DNA from: Bdellovibrio sp.
GTDB lineage: Bacteria; Bdellovibrionota; Bdellovibrionia; Bdellovibrionales; Bdellovibrionaceae
DNA: 64,000 bases
NCBI GenBank assembly: GCA_036677065.1
Contig: JAKFBS010000002.1
Coordinates: 672,001 to 736,000, forward strand
Direction: 5' to 3'
Shown here: positions 33,973 to 44,233 of the stretch, one piece after another
How positions within the stretch are numbered: position 1 is the stretch's first letter
Layout: every line of letters begins with the position of its first letter
Notes under the pieces: generated by a model
The model's database searches: none
What the model was told of the DNA's origin: nothing
The model's input: the letters and a program-made list of their open reading frames with translations, nothing else
Translations under genes and position numbers: made by a program

Positions 33973-35898
33973 TTACTCTTCTGTTTTTTCTAAAGAGTCT
34001 GAGCCGTCAAGCTCGGACTCTTCTGAATTTAAATGAATCAAAATTCTTTCAGCCAATACCCGATTAAAAGTTTTTAAAGCCGCAATAGTTTCAACATCTG
34101 ATTCTTTAATTGCCTCAACAGATGGAAACGCCTTAAGTAAAATCGCTTTTCTTTTTTCACCCAAACCACTGATTGCATCTAATTCACTTGAAAGACTTCG
34201 TTCTTCACGGCGTTTACGATGAAACGTGATAGCAAATCTATGGGCCTCGTCGCGAATGCCCGTTAAAATATGTAAGGCTTCTGAATTAGTTTTAAAGGTC
34301 ACCGGATTTGACCTGCCCGGAAGAAAAAATCGCTCTTCAGTCGATGAGACTTCTTCGGCCTTAAAATCAGCCTGTGTTCTGGCTTTAGCTAAGCCCACGA
34401 CCGGAATATCAGTTTTACCGATTTCTTGTAGAATACGAATGGCTTGCGATAACTGGCCTTTACCACCATCAACCACTAATAGATCTGGATCTTCGTATTC
34501 TGTATGTTTAAATCTGCGCGCTAAAACTTCATACATTGATTTAAAATCATCAATGCCCTCTACTGTTTGAATAATGTATCTGCGGTAATGATCTTTACTT
34601 GGGCGGCCATCTTCGAACACAACTTGGCTGGCTACGGTTTCAGTTCCTTGAAAATGCGAAATATCAAAACATTCAATTCTTTGCGGAAGTTTTGCCAAGT
34701 GCAGTTTAGTTTTAATTTCTGCAAGGCCTTGTTGTTTTTCTTCTTCTTTTGAAACTAATTTTTCAAAATGGGCTTTCGCATTTTGGTCAGCCATTTCTAA
34801 AAGTTTTTGCATTTTTGAATCATGACCAAATCGAACAACAACTTCTTTACCCGAGCGCTCTTTTAAAACGTCGTGTAATAATTTATTTAAATCTCCACCC
34901 AAATCAATAACCGTGATAATTTCATCCGGAATAAAATTATCTTCGTAATACTGATTCAAAAATGAAGTAAACCATTCTTGCGGGGATTCATCTGGTGAAG
35001 TGATATCTAAGCCACCTAAGTAATGTGGCCTTGCCCCGATCACCCGGCCTGAACGCACATGCAGCGTTTCAACCACCACACCGCGGGCATCACCATGAAA
35101 GCTTATGATATCCTGATCAGTTTCAGAGGCATCGTTAATAACAGTTTGTTTTTCTAAAATACTTTTAACTGACCACATTGAATTTCTTAATTTTGCAGCT
35201 ACTTCAAATTTTTCTTCATCGGCTGCTGCCATCATACGAACTTCGATGTCTTTAATAACTTTTTTGCTGCGGCCTTTTAAAAAGTCTTTCGCACCTTCGA
35301 CTTCGTCACGGTAAGCATCACGCTCAATGTATTTCACACAAGGCGCGGTACAACGACCAATTTGATAGGTCATACACGGCCGCGTGCGCGAACGAAACAT
35401 ATGGTCTGTGCAGTCGCGAATTTTAAATACGCGATTTAAAAAACGAATCGTGCCAAATACAGCGCCGCCTGAAGTGAATGGCCCAAAATACATGGCGCCG
35501 TCTTTATGAACCTTGCGGGCTAAATACAATCTGGGGTAATCATCACCCCACGAAAGTTTAATATAAGGATAAGATTTATCATCTTTAAGGCGAATATTAT
35601 ATTTCGGACGATGTTTTTTAATTAATGAAGCTTCTAATAAAAAGGCTTCGACTTCTGTTTTTGTTAAGATGTAATCAATCTTATCAATGTTATGAACAAG
35701 GGCTTTAGTTTTTGCCGAATGATCGGTTGAATTTAATAAATAACTGCGCACACGGTTACGAAGATTTTTGGCTTTACCGACATAGATGATCTTGTCGATC
35801 GTGCTTTTCATTAAATAGACACCCGACTGGGTCGGAAATTCTCGCACCAGTTCTTTTAGGGTTTCTATTTTTAAAAGGCCTTCTTCAAGTTTACTCAT
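33973..35898 (-). CDS. uvrC: Excinuclease ABC subunit C
   Basis: GVYLM..IIYVGKAKNLRNRVRSY GIY-YIG, RIECFDISH, VDGGKGQL, RDEAHRFA, HhH. Confidence 0.98.
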   Translation of the reverse strand: MSKLEEGLLKIETLKELVREFPTQSGVYLMKSTIDKIIYVGKAKNLRNRVRSYLLNSTDHSAKTKALVHNIDKIDYILTKTEVEAFLLEASLIKKHRPKYNIRLKDDKSYPYIKLSWGDDYPRLYLARKVHKDGAMYFGPFTSGGAVFGTIRFLNRVFKIRDCTDHMFRSRTRPCMTYQIGRCTAPCVKYIERDAYRDEVEGAKDFLKGRSKKVIKDIEVRMMAAADEEKFEVAAKLRNSMWSVKSILEKQTVINDASETDQDIISFHGDARGVVVETLHVRSGRVIGARPHYLGGLDITSPDESPQEWFTSFLNQYYEDNFIPDEIITVIDLGGDLNKLLHDVLKERSGKEVVVRFGHDSKMQKLLEMADQNAKAHFEKLVSKEEEKQQGLAEIKTKLHLAKLPQRIECFDISHFQGTETVASQVVFEDGRPSKDHYRRYIIQTVEGIDDFKSMYEVLARRFKHTEYEDPDLLVVDGGKGQLSQAIRILQEIGKTDIPVVGLAKARTQADFKAEEVSSTEERFFLPGRSNPVTFKTNSEALHILTGIRDEAHRFAITFHRKRREERSLSSELDAISGLGEKRKAILLKAFPSVEAIKESDVETIAALKTFNRVLAERILIHLNSEESELDGSDSLEKTEE

Positions 35899-35911
35899 TA
35901 CCAGCTACTCA

Positions 35912-37987
35912 TTACTTCTCGTCACTCGAATCCCCCAGATGGGCATCACGAATTTGCAATTCTAAAATCTGCAGTCGTTTGATTTCATCACGCACCTTGG
36001 CTGCCTCTTCAAATTCCAGTTCAGCCGATAGTTTTTTCATCTTTTCTTTTAATTTTTTAATTTCATCCTGAATCTTATTCGGCTTAGCAGAAAACTTCTG
36101 CATTTTTTCTGCCGTTTTATCTTTTTCGCCTTTAAGTTTGTAAGCACTGACTGACCCATCGAATAAATCGCCAAGTCCTTCTTTGATTCTTTTCTTAATC
36201 GTGGTTGGTGTAATACCGTGTTCTTTATTATAAGCATCTTGAATTGCACGACGACGATAAGTCTCAGCTATAGCTTTTTTCATCGAATCAGTTTCGCGGT
36301 CGGCATACAAGATCACTTGCCCGTTGGCATTACGAGCCGCACGGCCGATAGTTTGAATTAACGAGCGCTCAGAACGTAAGAAACCTTCTTTATCAGCGTC
36401 GGTAATACCCACCAGTGATACTTCAGGAATATCTAAACCTTCGCGCAGTAAATTGATACCAACTAAGACGTCGAATACACCTAAACGCAGATCGCGAATA
36501 ATCTCGGTGCGTTCTAAAGTTTCAATTTCACTATGTAAATATTTAATTTTAATACCCAGAGATTCATAATATTCGGTTAAATCTTCTGACGAACGCTTTG
36601 TTAATGTTGTAATCAGTACGCGCTCTTGTTTGGCGATACGAATACGAATTTCTTTTAACAAATCATCAATTTGTGATTTCACCGGACGAATTTCAATCGG
36701 CGGATCAATCAACCCTGTCGGACGAATGATTTGTTCAATGATTAATCCTTCAGATTTTTCTAATTCATAAGCTGCGGGAGTTGCTGAGACATAAACAACT
36801 TTATCCATTAATTTTTCAAATTCCTGAAAATTTAACGGACGATTATCTAATGCCGAAGGCAAACGAAAGCCATGCTCAACTAAAGTTGATTTACGGGCTC
36901 TATCGCCGCGATACATTCCGCCGATTTGCGGAACCGTAATGTGCGACTCATCAATAATGGTGATAAATTCTTTCGGAAAATATTCAATTAATGTCGGTGG
37001 TGGTTCACCCGGCCCACGGCCTGTTAAATGGCGCGAATAATTCTCGATGCCAGAACAGAATCCAATTTGTTCCATCATTTCAATATCATAATACGTGCGC
37101 TGTTCTAAGCGCTGCGCTTCTAAAAATTTAATATTAGCTTTTAATTCATTAAGCCTGTGCCCTAGTTCATCTTGAATAGTCACGATCGCTTTTTTTAGCG
37201 AACCTTCACCTGTTGCATAATGTGATCCTGGATAGATGCCGATTTGATCCATCTCTTCAAAAACTTCACCGGTTAAAGGATCAATCCACGAAATCTTTTC
37301 GACAAAGTCGCCAAAAAATTCAATACGAATCACGCGTTCTTCTTCGTAAGGCGGAAAAACTTCAACGATGTCGCCACGAACCCGAATCGTCCCGCGCGAA
37401 AAATCCACGTTATTGCGTGAATACTGAATACGAATTAATTCTCGCAGTAAATCATCACGCTTTAGCTTTTGTTCAACAACCACATGAACCATCATGCCTT
37501 CGTAAGCTTCAGGAGAACCAAGGCCGTAAATACACGACACACTCGACACAATGATCACATCGCGGCGATCAAACAGCGAGCGCGTGGCACTGTGGCGCAT
37601 ACGATCGATTTGTTCATTAATCGCCGAATCTTTTTCAATAAAGGTATCTGACGATGGCACATAAGCTTCAGGCTGGTAATAATCGTAATAAGAAACAAAG
37701 TACTCAACCGCATTCTCAGGAAAAAGTTCTTTCATTTCAGAGTATAACTGAGCAGCTAAGGTTTTATTCGGCGCTAAAATTAAAGCCGGTTGATTCAATT
37801 GCGCAATTGTGTGCGCCATCGTAAAAGTCTTACCGGATCCGGTAACCCCTAAAAGAGTCTGGTGTTTAACACCCTTTTTAAAATTTGATACTAGCGTTTC
37901 GATAGCTTTTGGTTGGTCACCTGCCGGTTCGAACGGAGATACCAATTTGAAGTTTTTCTTAAACGCTTTCTTTTTAGCCTCTGCCAT
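35912..37987 (-). CDS. uvrB: Excinuclease ABC subunit B
   Basis: [50 protein letters not shown] domain. Confidence 0.99.
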   Translation of the reverse strand: MAEAKKKAFKKNFKLVSPFEPAGDQPKAIETLVSNFKKGVKHQTLLGVTGSGKTFTMAHTIAQLNQPALILAPNKTLAAQLYSEMKELFPENAVEYFVSYYDYYQPEAYVPSSDTFIEKDSAINEQIDRMRHSATRSLFDRRDVIIVSSVSCIYGLGSPEAYEGMMVHVVVEQKLKRDDLLRELIRIQYSRNNVDFSRGTIRVRGDIVEVFPPYEEERVIRIEFFGDFVEKISWIDPLTGEVFEEMDQIGIYPGSHYATGEGSLKKAIVTIQDELGHRLNELKANIKFLEAQRLEQRTYYDIEMMEQIGFCSGIENYSRHLTGRGPGEPPPTLIEYFPKEFITIIDESHITVPQIGGMYRGDRARKSTLVEHGFRLPSALDNRPLNFQEFEKLMDKVVYVSATPAAYELEKSEGLIIEQIIRPTGLIDPPIEIRPVKSQIDDLLKEIRIRIAKQERVLITTLTKRSSEDLTEYYESLGIKIKYLHSEIETLERTEIIRDLRLGVFDVLVGINLLREGLDIPEVSLVGITDADKEGFLRSERSLIQTIGRAARNANGQVILYADRETDSMKKAIAETYRRRAIQDAYNKEHGITPTTIKKRIKEGLGDLFDGSVSAYKLKGEKDKTAEKMQKFSAKPNKIQDEIKKLKEKMKKLSAELEFEEAAKVRDEIKRLQILELQIRDAHLGDSSDEK

Positions 37988-37995
37988 AACTAAAT

Positions 37996-38024
37996 ATTTT
38001 AGGTCGTTATCAACGAGCTTTCAA
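37996..38024 (-). promoter_or_regulatory. sigma70 promoter of uvrBC
   Basis: TTGAAA-17 nt-TAAAAT on the minus strand, 8 nt before the uvrB ATG. Confidence 0.55.
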
Positions 38025-38054
38025 CCAACAAACCGTTGACCACGAGCGCTACTC

Positions 38055-38462
38055 CTATAAATGGCGAATCTCAGTAGGTTTATTCCACCAATTATTATTT
38101 AAACCATCAAAATAAGTTATAGGGGCTGCGATTAACTCTTCTGGCTGAACATCTTCCAGACATGAAAGAGCAATCGAAATATAAGCCCCACCCAACTCTT
38201 CAAGATGGCCTTTGCCGAACGGACGACAGCCGCAAGTTTTACAAAAAAGATGGTGGCCGCTGAATGTGCCAAACTGATAACCCGACAGGTTAGCCTCTCC
38301 AGAGATAAGCTCAAAGGCCTCGGGCTTTATGATGACGCTCCAATTACGAACTTTACGGCAATAAGTGCAATTACAACGGCCAGTGCCCTTGCTTAGATCA
38401 ATATCCGCTTTAATTTTAACCGCTCCGCAATGACAACTTCCGTGATAAGTTTTTTCAGCCAT
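38055..38462 (-). CDS. GFA/CENP-V family protein
   Basis: [20 protein letters not shown] zinc motifs. Confidence 0.92.
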   Translation of the reverse strand: MAEKTYHGSCHCGAVKIKADIDLSKGTGRCNCTYCRKVRNWSVIIKPEAFELISGEANLSGYQFGTFSGHHLFCKTCGCRPFGKGHLEELGGAYISIALSCLEDVQPEELIAAPITYFDGLNNNWWNKPTEIRHL

Positions 38463-38511
38463 ACCAAATTCCCTTCAAAAAATTAAACTCTTTATGCTTT
38501 TCATTATCGGC

Positions 38512-38540
38512 ACAAATATGTCATAATATGGCATATTTGT
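38512..38540. promoter_or_regulatory. 13-bp inverted repeat, probable WYL-regulator binding site
   Basis: ACAAATATGTCAT-AAT-ATGGCATATTTGT (one mismatch) between the divergent GFA and WYL genes. Confidence 0.7.
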
Positions 38541-38556
38541 TTTTAAAGTGAGTTCA

Positions 38557-39291
38557 ATGGCAAAAAGCAGCTATCAGGAAAAAAAATTACGTATGGATCG
38601 ACTTTTGGGAATACTTAAGTCTGAAGACCACTCGACCGTTGCAGGGATTGCAAAAACATTACGGGTCAGCCATCGTACGCTGATGCGCGATATTGAAGAG
38701 CTTCGAATTTCTGGAGTACCTGTTGAAGCTGATCGCGGGCGCGGCGGCGGCATTCGACTGAATTCACAATGGGGTCTTGGCCGCCTGCAACTGAATTATA
38801 AAGAATCATTAGATTTGATTTTATCGTTAGCAGTTATGGAAAAATTTAAATCACCGCTATTGTTAACCCACGTTAGATCTTTGCGTGATAAAGTTTTTCA
38901 ATCTTTTCCGGATGAGCATCGTAAAAAACTGCAACTTATACGCAAAAGAGTTTTAATCACCGAACTTGCTTCGACAGATGTCATCGAATCTAAAGAAGAA
39001 ATTCCGCTGAATGTGCACAATGCTCTTCATGAAGCGTTCTTTGAAATGAAGGTTGTAAAAATTTTTTACCAGGATGGCAAAAAGCAAATTACTGAAAGAA
39101 ATATCGAAGCCCATTACCTGCTTTTGAGTTGGCCTCTTTGGTATATCATCGCTTGGGATCATCTGCGCAACGATCTGCGTTCATTTCGTGTAGATCGCAT
39201 TAAAAAAGCACAAATTCAAAGTGCAAGCTTTCGCTTACACCACCAAGATCATTTTGCAAAAATTGTTCAATCATTTTCAGAAAGTCTTTAA
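38557..39291 (+). CDS. HTH-WYL (YafY/DriD-like) transcriptional regulator
   Basis: HTH_11 (IAKTLRVSHRTLMRDIEEL..GRGGG) and WYL (WYIIAWDHLRNDLRSFRVDRI). Confidence 0.92.
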   Translation: MAKSSYQEKKLRMDRLLGILKSEDHSTVAGIAKTLRVSHRTLMRDIEELRISGVPVEADRGRGGGIRLNSQWGLGRLQLNYKESLDLILSLAVMEKFKSPLLLTHVRSLRDKVFQSFPDEHRKKLQLIRKRVLITELASTDVIESKEEIPLNVHNALHEAFFEMKVVKIFYQDGKKQITERNIEAHYLLLSWPLWYIIAWDHLRNDLRSFRVDRIKKAQIQSASFRLHHQDHFAKIVQSFSESL

Positions 39292-39298
39292 GTAAATG

Positions 39299-40756
39299 CT
39301 ATTTATTTACTTCCCAGAAGCTTCCTTCTGGCGTGTCGCTGACTAAAATATTCATTTCAGTCAGTTTCGCGCGAAGCTCATCCGACTTTGCATAATCTTT
39401 TGTTTGGCGAGCTAATGAGCGCGCAAGCACTAAGGCTTCAACAGCATGTTCATCAATCCCTGCTTTAGTTAAAAGCTTTTGATCCAACGCGCGTAAGAAT
39501 TTTTCTGCCGGCATTTGAAATAGCGCAAGTAATTTACCAAACTGCATAATGAATTCTTTAAACTGTTTTGCACGACCCGAAAGCGTTGCATTCGTTTTTG
39601 CCCCACGTTTGAATTGGCCATTAAATTTACGGATCTGATCAAACATAACCGCAAAAGCTTGCGGTGTAGAAAAATCATCATTGACATGTTCCATCATTTT
39701 TTCCCAAGCCGCATCAAGCTCAGTTTGGTATTTGGCATCGCCTTGACCATCTTCAGTGATAAAACTATCCGCCAGAGCTAAAGCTGAATATACACGCGCT
39801 AAGCCTGAAATCGCTTGGTCGATCGTTACATCACCAAATTCACCAACACTTCTGTAGTGAACTGATAACATCATCCATTTGTAAATTTCAGGATGATGTT
39901 CTTCAAGAAATTGGCGCATGTTTACAACATTACCTACTGATTTTGACATCTTCATGCCGCTGAAATTTAATAAATTCCAGTGCATCCAATAATTCACGTA
40001 GTGTTTACCGGTGCAACCTTCAGATTGCGCGATTTCATTTTCGTGATGTGGAAAAACTAAATCTAAGCCGCCACCATGAATATCAATTTGATCACCGTAC
40101 AGTCCATGCACCATTGCCGAACACTCAATATGCCAACCCGGGCGACCATCACCCCAAGGTGATGCCCAGCTTGAACCGTGCAAATTTTCATTCGGTTTTT
40201 TAGATTTCCACAAAGCGAAATCTAGCGGGTGATGTTTTTTATCATTTGCATCAATACGTACGCCCACTTGCATATCATCAAGCTTACGACCTGATAGTTG
40301 GCCGTAGTTTTTAAACTTATCAACCGCGAAATTAACATCGCCATCAGCTGCATAAGCACTACCGTTATTAATTAAATTTTGGATGAACTCAATAATCTGA
40401 GGCATGTACTCAGTCACTTTAGGATTGTGATCATGGGCACGTAAACCTAAATCAGAAAAATCTTTTTTATATTCTTTAATGTAATGTTCAGCAATGTCGT
40501 GAGCCGTTTTTCCTTCTTCTGCTGCGCGATTGATAATGCGATCATCTACGTCAGTAAAATTTAGCGCGTAATCAACTTTATAACCAATATACTCTAGCCA
40601 GTTTCTGACAAAGTTAAAAAACACTGGCCCGCGAAAGTTCCCTACGTGCAAATATGAATACACCGTTGGTCCGCAAACATAAATTTTTACTTGGCCGGGG
40701 TTAATCGGCTTAAATTCTTCAGTCTTTTTTGTCAGAGTATTATAAATTTTTAACAT
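39299..40756 (-). CDS. cysS: Cysteine--tRNA ligase
   Basis: [29 protein letters not shown]. Confidence 0.99.
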   Translation of the reverse strand: MLKIYNTLTKKTEEFKPINPGQVKIYVCGPTVYSYLHVGNFRGPVFFNFVRNWLEYIGYKVDYALNFTDVDDRIINRAAEEGKTAHDIAEHYIKEYKKDFSDLGLRAHDHNPKVTEYMPQIIEFIQNLINNGSAYAADGDVNFAVDKFKNYGQLSGRKLDDMQVGVRIDANDKKHHPLDFALWKSKKPNENLHGSSWASPWGDGRPGWHIECSAMVHGLYGDQIDIHGGGLDLVFPHHENEIAQSEGCTGKHYVNYWMHWNLLNFSGMKMSKSVGNVVNMRQFLEEHHPEIYKWMMLSVHYRSVGEFGDVTIDQAISGLARVYSALALADSFITEDGQGDAKYQTELDAAWEKMMEHVNDDFSTPQAFAVMFDQIRKFNGQFKRGAKTNATLSGRAKQFKEFIMQFGKLLALFQMPAEKFLRALDQKLLTKAGIDEHAVEALVLARSLARQTKDYAKSDELRAKLTEMNILVSDTPEGSFWEVNK

Positions 40757-40766
40757 TAGAGAATCC

Positions 40767-42269
40767 TTATCCTAGCTTGCTTAAAACTTTATTTACGCGC
40801 GCAAGTAAACTTTGTTTGCTCATCAATGGCACTAATAATTTTACTTCTGTTCCATGAGGCTTTCCGATTACAGCCACACGAATCGGCATAAATAGATTTT
40901 TTCCTTTTACATTAGCACCCGTCTTAACCGCGTTTTCCATCGCCACGAAATCCGCTTCAGAAAAAGTATCTGCTGCGTGATTTTCGATTTGCGTTTTCCA
41001 AACTGTTAATACGCTTTTAGTCGGCTCCCAACCAAGAGCTTCATTGCTTTCATCACTGATTTCAAATTTTGAATCATCTAATGATTGGTATAAGGCTACC
41101 GCATCGGCCAAAATTTCTAGTTTCGGTTTGAATGTTTCAACTGACTTCATTTGCCATTCAACTGAAGTGGCATCTTTTGGTAATTGAATTCCTGCCGCGA
41201 CCAAAAATGGATTTACTTGCTTCCAGATAGTTTGGTTATCTTGGGCACGTAAGTATTGTGAATTCATCCATTTTAATTTTACGCGGTCAAACACAGCACC
41301 CGAGGCATTTACGCGATCAAGCGTGAATAGTTTAATCATCTCATCCATCGAAAAAATTTCTTTACCTTCAGGATGTGACCAACCAAGTAAGGCCATAAAA
41401 TTATTTAAAGCTTCTGGTAAGTAGCCATCTTTCATAAACTGGTCACAGGCTACCGCGCCTTTACGTTTAGAAAGTTTTTGACGATCATCATCTAACACTA
41501 AAGAAATATGACCAAACTGAGGAGTCGGCCAGCTCATCGCTTCATAGATCATTAACTGGCGAAGTGTATTTGGTAAATGTTCTTCCGCACGTAACACGTG
41601 TGAGATCTTCATTTGATAATCATCAACTACACAACAAAAGTTATAAACAGGCATACCATCAGAACGAAGCAAGACGAAATCGCCGACCATATCAGATGGA
41701 AAACGAACTTCACCGCGAATAAGATCTGGCAGTAAATAATCTTTACGCAAATGTTTAGTTCTAAAACGCACAACCGCAGTTTTGCCAGTCGCAAGTTCTG
41801 CCTTAGCTTGATCGAGAGTCCAAGTTTCGTAAGGTGATTCAACGTGAGCGTTTTGATTAATCGCTTTTACGCGCGCACGCTCTGCATCTAGCTCTTCATC
41901 CGTCATAAAGCAGTAGTAAGCCAAGCCCTTTGCAATTAATTCGTCAGCGACTTTCTTATAGATGTCTAAGCGCTGTGATTGGCGATACGGAGCACATGCC
42001 CCCATATCTTTTAATGTTACAGGATCAACGCCCTCATCCCAGTTAAGACCAAGCCACACCATATCCTGCACCATCATGCGAAGTGACTCTTCAGTAGAAC
42101 GAGCTTGATCGGTGTCTTCGATACGTAAAATGAATTTACCGTTATTGTGTTTTGCAAATAGTAGATTAAATAAAGCGGATCTCGCACCACCCACGTGTAA
42201 ATAGCCTGTTGGGCTTGGGGCAAAGCGCGTACGAACTTCAGTAAAACCAGGATTCAAAGTAACTGACAT
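40767..42269 (-). CDS. gltX: Glutamate--tRNA ligase
   Basis: RFAPSPTGYLHVGG, LRIEDTD, KLSKR. Confidence 0.98.
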   Translation of the reverse strand: MSVTLNPGFTEVRTRFAPSPTGYLHVGGARSALFNLLFAKHNNGKFILRIEDTDQARSTEESLRMMVQDMVWLGLNWDEGVDPVTLKDMGACAPYRQSQRLDIYKKVADELIAKGLAYYCFMTDEELDAERARVKAINQNAHVESPYETWTLDQAKAELATGKTAVVRFRTKHLRKDYLLPDLIRGEVRFPSDMVGDFVLLRSDGMPVYNFCCVVDDYQMKISHVLRAEEHLPNTLRQLMIYEAMSWPTPQFGHISLVLDDDRQKLSKRKGAVACDQFMKDGYLPEALNNFMALLGWSHPEGKEIFSMDEMIKLFTLDRVNASGAVFDRVKLKWMNSQYLRAQDNQTIWKQVNPFLVAAGIQLPKDATSVEWQMKSVETFKPKLEILADAVALYQSLDDSKFEISDESNEALGWEPTKSVLTVWKTQIENHAADTFSEADFVAMENAVKTGANVKGKNLFMPIRVAVIGKPHGTEVKLLVPLMSKQSLLARVNKVLSKLG

Positions 42270-42284
42270 GTAGTCTCCAAAATG

Positions 42285-42311
42285 AAAAAAGCCTAGATTT
42301 CTCTAGGCTTT
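42285..42311 (-). terminator. Intrinsic terminator downstream of carD
   Basis: AAAGCCTAGA-TTTC-TCTAGGCTTT hairpin with a U-tract on the minus strand. Confidence 0.75.
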
Positions 42312-42348
42312 CAATTCTGTCTTACTTTTTAAATCGAGTAAACCAATA

Positions 42349-42843
42349 CTACTTAGAGTCTAAGATAGTACGTACTTCTTGGTCTTGGTTCATCACGTCT
42401 TTCACGTCAGCAGCTAAATTAAGCTCTTTTAGTAAGTAGCTCTTAGCTTTTTCTAACATTTTCTTTTCGCCAAAGCTTAATTCTTTGTCGACTTTTAAAA
42501 GATATAAATCACGCAATACGGCAGCGATCTCGAAAACTGATCCTGTATTGATTTTATCTGTGTATTCACGGTAACGACGATTCCAAGTTTGGGTATCGAT
42601 TTTAACGTTTTTATCTTTTAAGATGCCTACCACTTTAATAGCTTCGTCTTTAGAGATAAGGGCTCTAAGGCCTACAGATTTGATATTAGCCGCAGGAATC
42701 ATAACTTTCATACCGGTCTCTAAGATAATGACCGAGAAGAACTCGTGTTTTGACCCTAAGATCTCTTTAATTTCGATCTTGTCGATGCGTCCAACGCCGT
42801 AACCTGGGTATACAGCATGATCTCCAACTTTAAACTGTGTCAT
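42349..42843 (-). CDS. carD: CarD/CdnL RNA polymerase-binding regulator
   Basis: FKVGDHAVYPGYGVG, WNRRYRE, LSFGEKKML; ATG 42843 with GGTGG RBS. Confidence 0.95.
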   Translation of the reverse strand: MTQFKVGDHAVYPGYGVGRIDKIEIKEILGSKHEFFSVIILETGMKVMIPAANIKSVGLRALISKDEAIKVVGILKDKNVKIDTQTWNRRYREYTDKINTGSVFEIAAVLRDLYLLKVDKELSFGEKKMLEKAKSYLLKELNLAADVKDVMNQDQEVRTILDSK

Positions 42844-43078
42844 CGAACCACCTTCATCACCATGAGTTAAAAAAAAATCCCACTCATGACGTCTGGTTGT
42901 TGTAACACTGATGACGTGTTCCAGCAATTTTATTAAGCATTTTTGGTTAAGTTTTTTTTAAGTTGTAATTTCTACCTGTAATTAATGATCATCGCTTTGA
43001 CACTGTGGCAATTAGCGGCTTGAGCCCCCCTATAAACAACGCTAGCCTTTGAAGCAAACCTCCTCGAAAGGACACAAT

Positions 43079-43774
43079 ATGAACTTCAAAAAATTGAGTG
43101 CAGAAATGATCGGAACAGCTTGGCTAGTGCTAGGTGGATGCGGCTCTGCCGTTATTGCCGCAGGATTTCCTAACGTAGGAATCGGCCTATTGGGAGTTTC
43201 GTTTGCTTTTGGCCTGACTGTTTTAACGATGGCTTATTCTATTGGCGCTGTTTCTGGTTGCCATTTAAACCCAGCGGTCACGATTGGCCTTGCTGCAGCA
43301 GGCAAACATCCTAAATCTGAAGTTCTACCCTATATTGTTGCCCAACTCATTGGCGGTGTGATCGGCGCTGGCCTTTTATGTGTGATTGCATCAGGTAAAC
43401 CTGGCTTTGACTTGGTGGCTTCGGGCTTCGCGGCAAATGGTTACGGTGAACATTCTCCGGGTGGATATTCGATGATGTCAGGCTTTGTAACTGAATTAGT
43501 AGCGACAGCATTTTTTCTTTTTATTATTTTAAGTGCGACAGATAAAAAAGCTCCGGCTGGTTTTGCCCCGATTGCGATCGGTCTTGGCTTAACACTAATT
43601 CATTTAATCACGATTCCTGTGACGAACACGTCAGTGAATCCGGCGCGAAGCCTTGGGCCCGCATTATTTGTTGGGGGATGGGCATTACAACAAGTCTGGT
43701 TATTTTTTGTGGCGCCTATTTTAGGTGCTGTGCTTGGCGCATTCGTATATGCCGCGACTGTGAAAGACAAATAA
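43079..43774 (+). CDS. aqpZ: Aquaporin Z
   Basis: Two NPA motifs ([14 protein letters not shown]), [15 protein letters not shown]. Confidence 0.97.
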   Translation: MNFKKLSAEMIGTAWLVLGGCGSAVIAAGFPNVGIGLLGVSFAFGLTVLTMAYSIGAVSGCHLNPAVTIGLAAAGKHPKSEVLPYIVAQLIGGVIGAGLLCVIASGKPGFDLVASGFAANGYGEHSPGGYSMMSGFVTELVATAFFLFIILSATDKKAPAGFAPIAIGLGLTLIHLITIPVTNTSVNPARSLGPALFVGGWALQQVWLFFVAPILGAVLGAFVYAATVKDK

Positions 43775-43778
43775 AACA

Positions 43779-43816
43779 AACAATTTCGCCCACAATAACT
43801 CGTGGGCGAAATTGTT
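43779..43816. terminator. Hairpin between convergent genes, probable bidirectional terminator
   Basis: AACAATTTCGCCCAC-8 nt-GTGGGCGAAATTGTT, perfect 15-bp stem. Confidence 0.8.
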
Positions 43817-43820
43817 ATAA

Positions 43821-44087
43821 TTAAAGATATTTATGATACGTGATAACCGCAAAATACGATCGAATACCCTCGTCTTTAGCCTCAGTGCATGTGCCTTTGA
43901 CGATAATAGCTTTATTTCTGGCTTTTAACAAAGCGTTCGCTTTTGCCAGACCTACTTCACAATTGTCCAATGTATATTCTAAGACACTTATAGTAGTTAA
44001 ATCTTTATTTGCCGAGTCTCCAAATAGAGTTCGCGCAAAAGTAGTCATAGGTGCAAACGCCAGCATTCCAATAATAAGTAATTTCAT
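43821..44087 (-). CDS. Small secreted hypothetical protein
   Basis: RBS AGGAG; signal peptide (TTFA|R); two Cys. Confidence 0.7.
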   Translation of the reverse strand: MKLLIIGMLAFAPMTTFARTLFGDSANKDLTTISVLEYTLDNCEVGLAKANALLKARNKAIIVKGTCTEAKDEGIRSYFAVITYHKYL

Positions 44088-44233
44088 AAGTATTCTCCTA
44101 ATTTAAAAAAAATCATAATCGCAATAAGAATGCCCGAAGCGAAACTGGCTTAAACTGTATTAGGAGTAAAAACACTGTCTAACAACACAACAAAGTGCCG
44201 CAAACGATCGGCGAACTTTTCGACGATTTTTAT

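Noticed and set aside
38557..39291. WYL as a marker of a defence island (BrxR/CapW)
   Set aside because: Short YafY-type HTH-WYL paired with GFA among housekeeping genes, with no defence operon.
16575..44185. Recurrent GTCTAA/TGAGAC-like words in intergenic regions (e.g. ~16577, ~28478, ~32592, ~44177)
   Set aside because: Too short and inconsistently spaced to distinguish from chance by eye; would need genome-wide motif statistics.
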